Origin: an uncultured Verrucomicrobiae bacterium
GTDB lineage: Bacteria > Verrucomicrobiota > Verrucomicrobiia > Chthoniobacterales > UBA10450
Direction of reading: 5' to 3'
NCBI GenBank assembly: GCA_963834385.1
Contig: CAWIBO010000002.1
Coordinates: 1,216,001-1,280,000, forward strand
DNA length: 64,000 nt
Part shown: positions 59,211-64,000 of the stretch, piece by piece
Layout of the letters: each line of letters begins with the position of its first letter
How positions within the stretch are numbered: the first letter of the stretch is position 1
Made by a program: the position numbers and the translations under genes
The notes under the pieces: model-generated
Database searches by the model: none
Told to the model about the DNA's origin: nothing
What the model saw: only the letters and a program-made list of their open reading frames with translations

Positions 59211-61412
59211 ATGAAACCGGAAAAAAAAGATCTGCGGGCCGCCATTGACGCGCTTTTGCGAGCCCCGGCCTACACCCCGCTGGACCAGCGGGAGATGGCG
59301 CGGGCGCTTGGGCGCAAGGTGGACGGGGCCGAGCTGCGACGCACGCTGGGGGAGATGGAGCGGGCCGGCGAGGTCGCGCGCATCCGCAAGGACCGATACG
59401 TCCTGCCGAAGGAAGCCGACCTCGTCACGGGCAAGCTGCAGATGCATCAATCCGGTTTTGCTTTCCTGACCAACGAGAAGGCCGGTGGCCCGGACATTTA
59501 CATCTCCGCGGAAAACACCGGCACGGCCATGAACGGCGACCGGGTGGTGGTGCGGCTCGGGGTTGAACCGGCCGCGCACCGTCGCCGCCGCGGAACGGGC
59601 GATCGTCCGGAAGGGCGGGTCATCCGGATCCTGGAACGAGCGCATGACACCGCGGTCGGCACCCTGCAGCGCTCGAAAAAGAACCTCTTTTATGTCGTGC
59701 CGGATGACCCGCGTTTTGTGCATGACATCTATGTGCCGCCGCCGCGGGGGGGCGGCGGCCGGAAGACGGCGCAGGTGGGGGACAAGGTGGTGGTCCATCT
59801 GGAGCCGTGGGAATCACGGCACGTCAACCCGGAAGGCGAGATTATCGAAGTGCTCGGGCCGGCCGGCGCCCCGGGGATCGACATGCTTTCGATCATTCGG
59901 AAACATCATCTCCCGACCGAATTCCCGCGGGCGGTGCTGGATGAGGCGGGCCGGATCCCGGAAGTGGTGGCTCCCGAGATGTGGCAGGGCCGGGAGGACC
60001 TGCGCGACCAGTTCATCTGCACGATTGATCCGGATGACGCGCGTGATTTCGACGATGCCATCAACGTGGAGGAGACGGGCAACGGCTGGCGCCTGGGCGT
60101 GCACATCGCCGATGTGGCGGCTTATGTGGAACCGGGCAGCGCGCTGGACCGGGAGGCGCTCAAGCGCGGCAACAGCGTTTATCTGCCCGACCGCGTTCTG
60201 CCGATGCTGCCGGAGCGGCTGAGCAACGGCGTCTGCAGCCTGAAGCCGGGCGTGGAACGCCTGACCCATTCGGCCTTCATGACCTTTACGCGCGATGGCC
60301 AGATGAAGAATGTGCGCTTTGCCCGCACCGTCATCCGGAGCGCCAAACGCCTTACCTACAAGGAGGCCTACCAGATTTTGCAGGGACCGGTGCGCGACGA
60401 GCTCTCGCAGCGCCTGCACACGGCCTGGGAACTGGCGGCGCTCCTGCGCCGGAAACGTTTCGCGGCGGGCTCGCTCGACCTCGATTTCCCGGAGGTGAAA
60501 GTCTGGCTCGACGACAAAGGGAAACCGGTCCGCCTGGAGAAGGTGGAGAACGACGAGTCCCACCAGTTGATCGAGGAGTTCATGCTGGCGGCGAACGAGG
60601 CCGTGGCGCGCGAACTGAAGAACCGCACGATCCCGTCCGTTTACCGGGTGCACGAGCAGCCCGACCCGGACAAGCTCGCGGAGTACCGCGAACTGGTGCT
60701 GAGCCATGGCTACAAGGTGGGCGACCTGACGCAGCGACCGGAGCTGCAGCGGCTGCTCAAGGAAATTTCGGGGAAGGCGGAGGGACCGGCGTTGAAAATC
60801 GGATTGCTCAAGAGCCTGAAGCGCGCCCGTTACGCGCCGCAGCCGCTGGGTCATTACGGGCTGGCCAAGAACAACTACACGCATTTCACCAGCCCGATCC
60901 GGCGATATGCCGACCTCGTGGTGCACCGCGCGCTCGAGGCGCTGAGCCGATCCCGCCGCCCGGCGCTCGATGCCAGCCGCGTCGCTTCCATGGCGGAACA
61001 TCTTTCCACCACCGAACGGGTGGCGGCCGAGGCCGAGATCGACGGGGTGAAGATGAAAAAGCTGGAGTTTTTCCAGCAGCAACTCGACCAGCGCAATCCG
61101 CAGCTCTTCCGCGCGGTCATCATCGACATCCGCAATTACGGCATGGTGATCGAGTTGCCCGACGTGGTCCTGAGCGGACTGATCCATGTCTCGTCGCTGA
61201 CCGACGACTTTTACTCGTTCGAGCCGGCGCAGCGGCGCCTGGTGGGCCGGCGCACCCGCCGCCGGTTCGCCGTGGGCGACGAAGTAAAAGTCCAGGTGGC
61301 GCGGGTGGACCTTTTCAAGCGGCAGGTCGACTTCACCGTGGCAGGCGAAGAGACAACCCGGCCGGAACGCGGCCGCGGCGGAGCGCGCCCGGCCCGGAGC
61401 CGGCGGCGGTAA
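59211..61412 (+). CDS. rnr: Ribonuclease R
   Basis: [42 protein letters not shown]-terminal S1 domain. Confidence 0.95.
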   Translation: MKPEKKDLRAAIDALLRAPAYTPLDQREMARALGRKVDGAELRRTLGEMERAGEVARIRKDRYVLPKEADLVTGKLQMHQSGFAFLTNEKAGGPDIYISAENTGTAMNGDRVVVRLGVEPAAHRRRRGTGDRPEGRVIRILERAHDTAVGTLQRSKKNLFYVVPDDPRFVHDIYVPPPRGGGGRKTAQVGDKVVVHLEPWESRHVNPEGEIIEVLGPAGAPGIDMLSIIRKHHLPTEFPRAVLDEAGRIPEVVAPEMWQGREDLRDQFICTIDPDDARDFDDAINVEETGNGWRLGVHIADVAAYVEPGSALDREALKRGNSVYLPDRVLPMLPERLSNGVCSLKPGVERLTHSAFMTFTRDGQMKNVRFARTVIRSAKRLTYKEAYQILQGPVRDELSQRLHTAWELAALLRRKRFAAGSLDLDFPEVKVWLDDKGKPVRLEKVENDESHQLIEEFMLAANEAVARELKNRTIPSVYRVHEQPDPDKLAEYRELVLSHGYKVGDLTQRPELQRLLKEISGKAEGPALKIGLLKSLKRARYAPQPLGHYGLAKNNYTHFTSPIRRYADLVVHRALEALSRSRRPALDASRVASMAEHLSTTERVAAEAEIDGVKMKKLEFFQQQLDQRNPQLFRAVIIDIRNYGMVIELPDVVLSGLIHVSSLTDDFYSFEPAQRRLVGRRTRRRFAVGDEVKVQVARVDLFKRQVDFTVAGEETTRPERGRGGARPARSRRR

Positions 61413-61496
61413 GAGTCTCCACCGGGGCAACTTGGCCGGAGGAGGACCGAAATTCTTCTTCCCCTTCCGTTTTCCGGGAGGTAAAACTGCCCCGTT

Positions 61497-61706
61497 ATGG
61501 ACAGCATTATCGCGGGGAAGGAGCTCCAGATCGAGCGGAAGCGATTCTGGATCGACTTCAGGACGAACGAGAGGGGCCAGTTCCTTCGGATCACGGAGGA
61601 AGCGCACGGGCGCCGCAACTCCATCATCGTTCCCAGCACCGGGCTCGAGGAATTCCGGACGGCCATCTCCGAAGTCCTGGCGGAAAGCCAGACCGCCGTT
61701 TCCTGA
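61497..61706 (+). CDS. Single PUR-repeat ssDNA/RNA-binding protein
   Basis: [26 protein letters not shown]...[14 protein letters not shown] is a PUR-domain pattern. Confidence 0.75.
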   Translation: MDSIIAGKELQIERKRFWIDFRTNERGQFLRITEEAHGRRNSIIVPSTGLEEFRTAISEVLAESQTAVS

Positions 61707-61754
61707 TTCTCCTTCCGTTTCCTGTCGCCGAAGGCCGCCTGACCGGCGGACGCG

Positions 61755-61782
61755 TTGACACCTTCGGGCCGTCCTCTAGTGT
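61755..61782 (+). promoter_or_regulatory. Putative sigma70 promoter of ppdK
   Basis: TTGACA-16-TAGTGT. Confidence 0.5.
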
Positions 61783-61816
61783 GCGACTCCTCTCCGTTTT
61801 CATCCTTAAAAAATTC

Positions 61817-64000
61817 ATGGCTTCACGACTCAAAAAATCAGCAGCGCGCGCCCGTTCGACCGGGAAAAAGAGCAAAACCGTCCGGCCCGCGGCGAAGGCC
61901 GGGGCGAAGCCGGGCAAGTACGTTTACTACTTCGGCGACGGGAAAGCCGACGGGAATGGAAAGATGAAGTCGCTGCTCGGAGGGAAGGGCGCGAACCTGG
62001 CGGAGATGACGCGGATCGGCCTGCCGGTGCCCGCGGGTTACACGGCCAGCACTGAGGTCTGCACCTATTTTTACGCGCATAAGCGCACCTACCCAAAGGC
62101 GCTGGAAGCGCAGGTGGAGGAGGGAATCCGCCGGATGGAACGGAGCATGGGCACGACCTTTGGCGACACCCGGGCCATGCCGCTGCTGGTGGCAGTCCGT
62201 TCCGGTGCGCGCGATTCCATGCCCGGGATGATGGACACGATCCTGAACCTGGGGTTGAACGACCAGTCGGTCGTGGCGCTGGCAAAAGCGACCGGGAATG
62301 AGCGTTTCGCCTGGGATTGTTATCGCCGCTTCATCCAGATGTATGGGGATGTCGTCATGGGCGTGCAGAAAAAGCCGGAGGAGGATCACGAACCATTTGA
62401 GACCGTGATCGACGAGTTGAAGCACGAGCGTTACCAGCCGCGATGTCGAGGACACGAAGCTGACGGTGGACGATCTCAAGGAGATGGTGGCGCGTTTCCG
62501 CAAGCTGGTGAAGGAACGGACCGGCCGCCAGTTCCCGAACGATCCGCGCGAACAGCTCCGGGGCGCGATGGGCGCCGTTTTTGGTTCGTGGATGAACGAC
62601 CGCGCGATTGTTTACCGCCGCAAATACAACATTCCGCAGGAGTGGGGGACGGCCGTCAACGTGCAGGCCATGGTCTTCGGCAACACCGGGAGCAATTCCG
62701 GTTCCGGGGTGGCTTTCACCCGCGATCCCGCCACGGGCGAGAAGGTCTTTTACGGGGAATTTCTGATCAACGCGCAGGGCGAGGACGTGGTCGCGGGTGT
62801 GCGCACGCCCGAGCCGGTGGCCGACCTGAAGAAGCACCTGCCCAAGGCGCTGGTGGAACTGGAGCGGATTCGCAAGGTGCTGGAGACCCACTTCAAGGAT
62901 GTGCAGGACTTCGAGTTCACCATCCAGGACGGCAAGGTGTTCATGCTGCAGACGCGCAACGGGAAGCGCACCGGCGTGGCCGCGGTCAAGTTTGCCTGCG
63001 ACATGGTGCGCGAAAAATTGATCCCCTGGCAGACGGCGATCAACCGCGTGCCGGCCGACCAGCTCGACCAGGTGCTTGCGCCCGTCTTCGACCGGGCGGC
63101 GGTGGAAAAGGCCAAAGCGATCGCCACCGGCCTGCCGGCCGGTCCCGGTGCGGCCACCGGGCGCGTTTACTTCAACGCCGATCGCGCGGCCGCAGCGGCC
63201 GCCCGCGGCGAGAAAGTGCTCCTGGTGCGGGTGGAAACCTCGCCGGAAGACCTCCGCGGCATGATTGCGGCCGAGGGAATCCTGACCGCACGGGGCGGTG
63301 TTTCCTCGCACGCCGCGCTGGTCGCGCGGCAGATGGGCAAGGTTTGCGTCTGCGGCGCGGCGGCCCTGAACATTGATTACCGGGCCAAGACGATGACGGT
63401 GGACGGGGCGGTGTTCCGCGAAGGAGAGGATCACCTGTCGATCGATGGAACGAGCGGCACGGTCTATGCCGGGCAGCTCCCGACCGCGCCCTCGGAGATC
63501 ATCCAGGGATTGCTGGACGGGAACAAGGCGGCGCAGAAGAGCGAGACCTATCGCAATTTCTCCCAGCTGATGGAGTGGTGTGGCCGGGTCGCGCGTATGG
63601 AAGTAAGGACCAACGCGGACACGCCGGAACAGGTGGAAAACGCAGTCTCCTTCGGCGCGTCCGGCGTGGGGCTTTGCCGGACCGAGCATATGTTCTTCGA
63701 AGGGGACCGGATTGACGCCATGCGGCAGATGATCCTGGCCCGGAAAATCGAGGACCGGCAGGCGGCGCTGGCCAAGCTGCTTCCCTACCAGAAAAGCGAT
63801 TTCATCGGCATCTTCAAGGCGCTTAAGGGCAAGCCGGCCACGATCCGCCTGCTCGATCCGCCGCTGCATGAATTTCTGCCGCAGGATCATGGCGCGCAAA
63901 GCGCGCTGGCCGACAAGATGGGGGTGAAAGCCGAGGAAATTTCGCGCCGGGTGCACGAGCTCCACGAGCAGAACCCGATGCTGGGACATCGCGGCTGCCG
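61817..64000 (+). CDS. ppdK: Pyruvate, phosphate dikinase (partial; apparent +1 frameshift ~62441)
   Basis: [12 protein letters not shown] and [15 protein letters not shown] in frame 1. Next frame gives [53 protein letters not shown]. Confidence 0.95.

Noticed and set aside
36708..63989. Very long antisense or alternate-frame ORFs (e.g. 36708-38699, 44975-46999, 47139-48863, 59814-61607, 62355-63989; also 22834-24222)
   Set aside because: Shadow ORFs opposite well-identified genes. They are expected from high-GC codon bias and carry no recognisable motifs.

Overview
A high-GC bacterial chromosomal segment made almost entirely of housekeeping genes. Gene content and protein style (long three-domain IspG, TMTC-like GT-C/TPR proteins, folP-cdaA, waaA, PUR-domain protein) suggest a diderm of the PVC group, probably Verrucomicrobiota/Chthoniobacterales; this is inference. 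It holds about 65 CDS, including accA, rsmD, waaA, yicC-gmk-coaC-coaB, suhB-ispF-cysS, chdC, gcvT-gcvH, xseB-dxs, rodA-scpA, glnE, rho, yebC, typA, cdsA-dxr-rseP-ispG, tdh/kbl, folP-cdaA, rnr and ppdK. There are two tRNAs (Glu-TTC, Ser-GGA) and REP-like repeat mosaics. I saw no integrase, transposase, prophage or CRISPR array. Six apparent +1 frameshifts look like sequencing errors. The best candidates for poorly described biology are: (1) a stand-alone transcription unit with structured UTRs encoding an unlisted 24-aa Lys/Ala histone-H1-like microprotein (21368-21442); (2) an esterase/ATP-grasp/YbdK amidoligase cluster, and a separate circularly permuted ATP-grasp plus M29 peptidase pair; (3) a divergent TMTC-like GT-C / GT2 / TMTC-like module that may glycosylate proteins; (4) a 48-aa anchor-only CdaR overlapping the 3' end of the diadenylate cyclase gene; (5) widespread leaderless promoter architecture.
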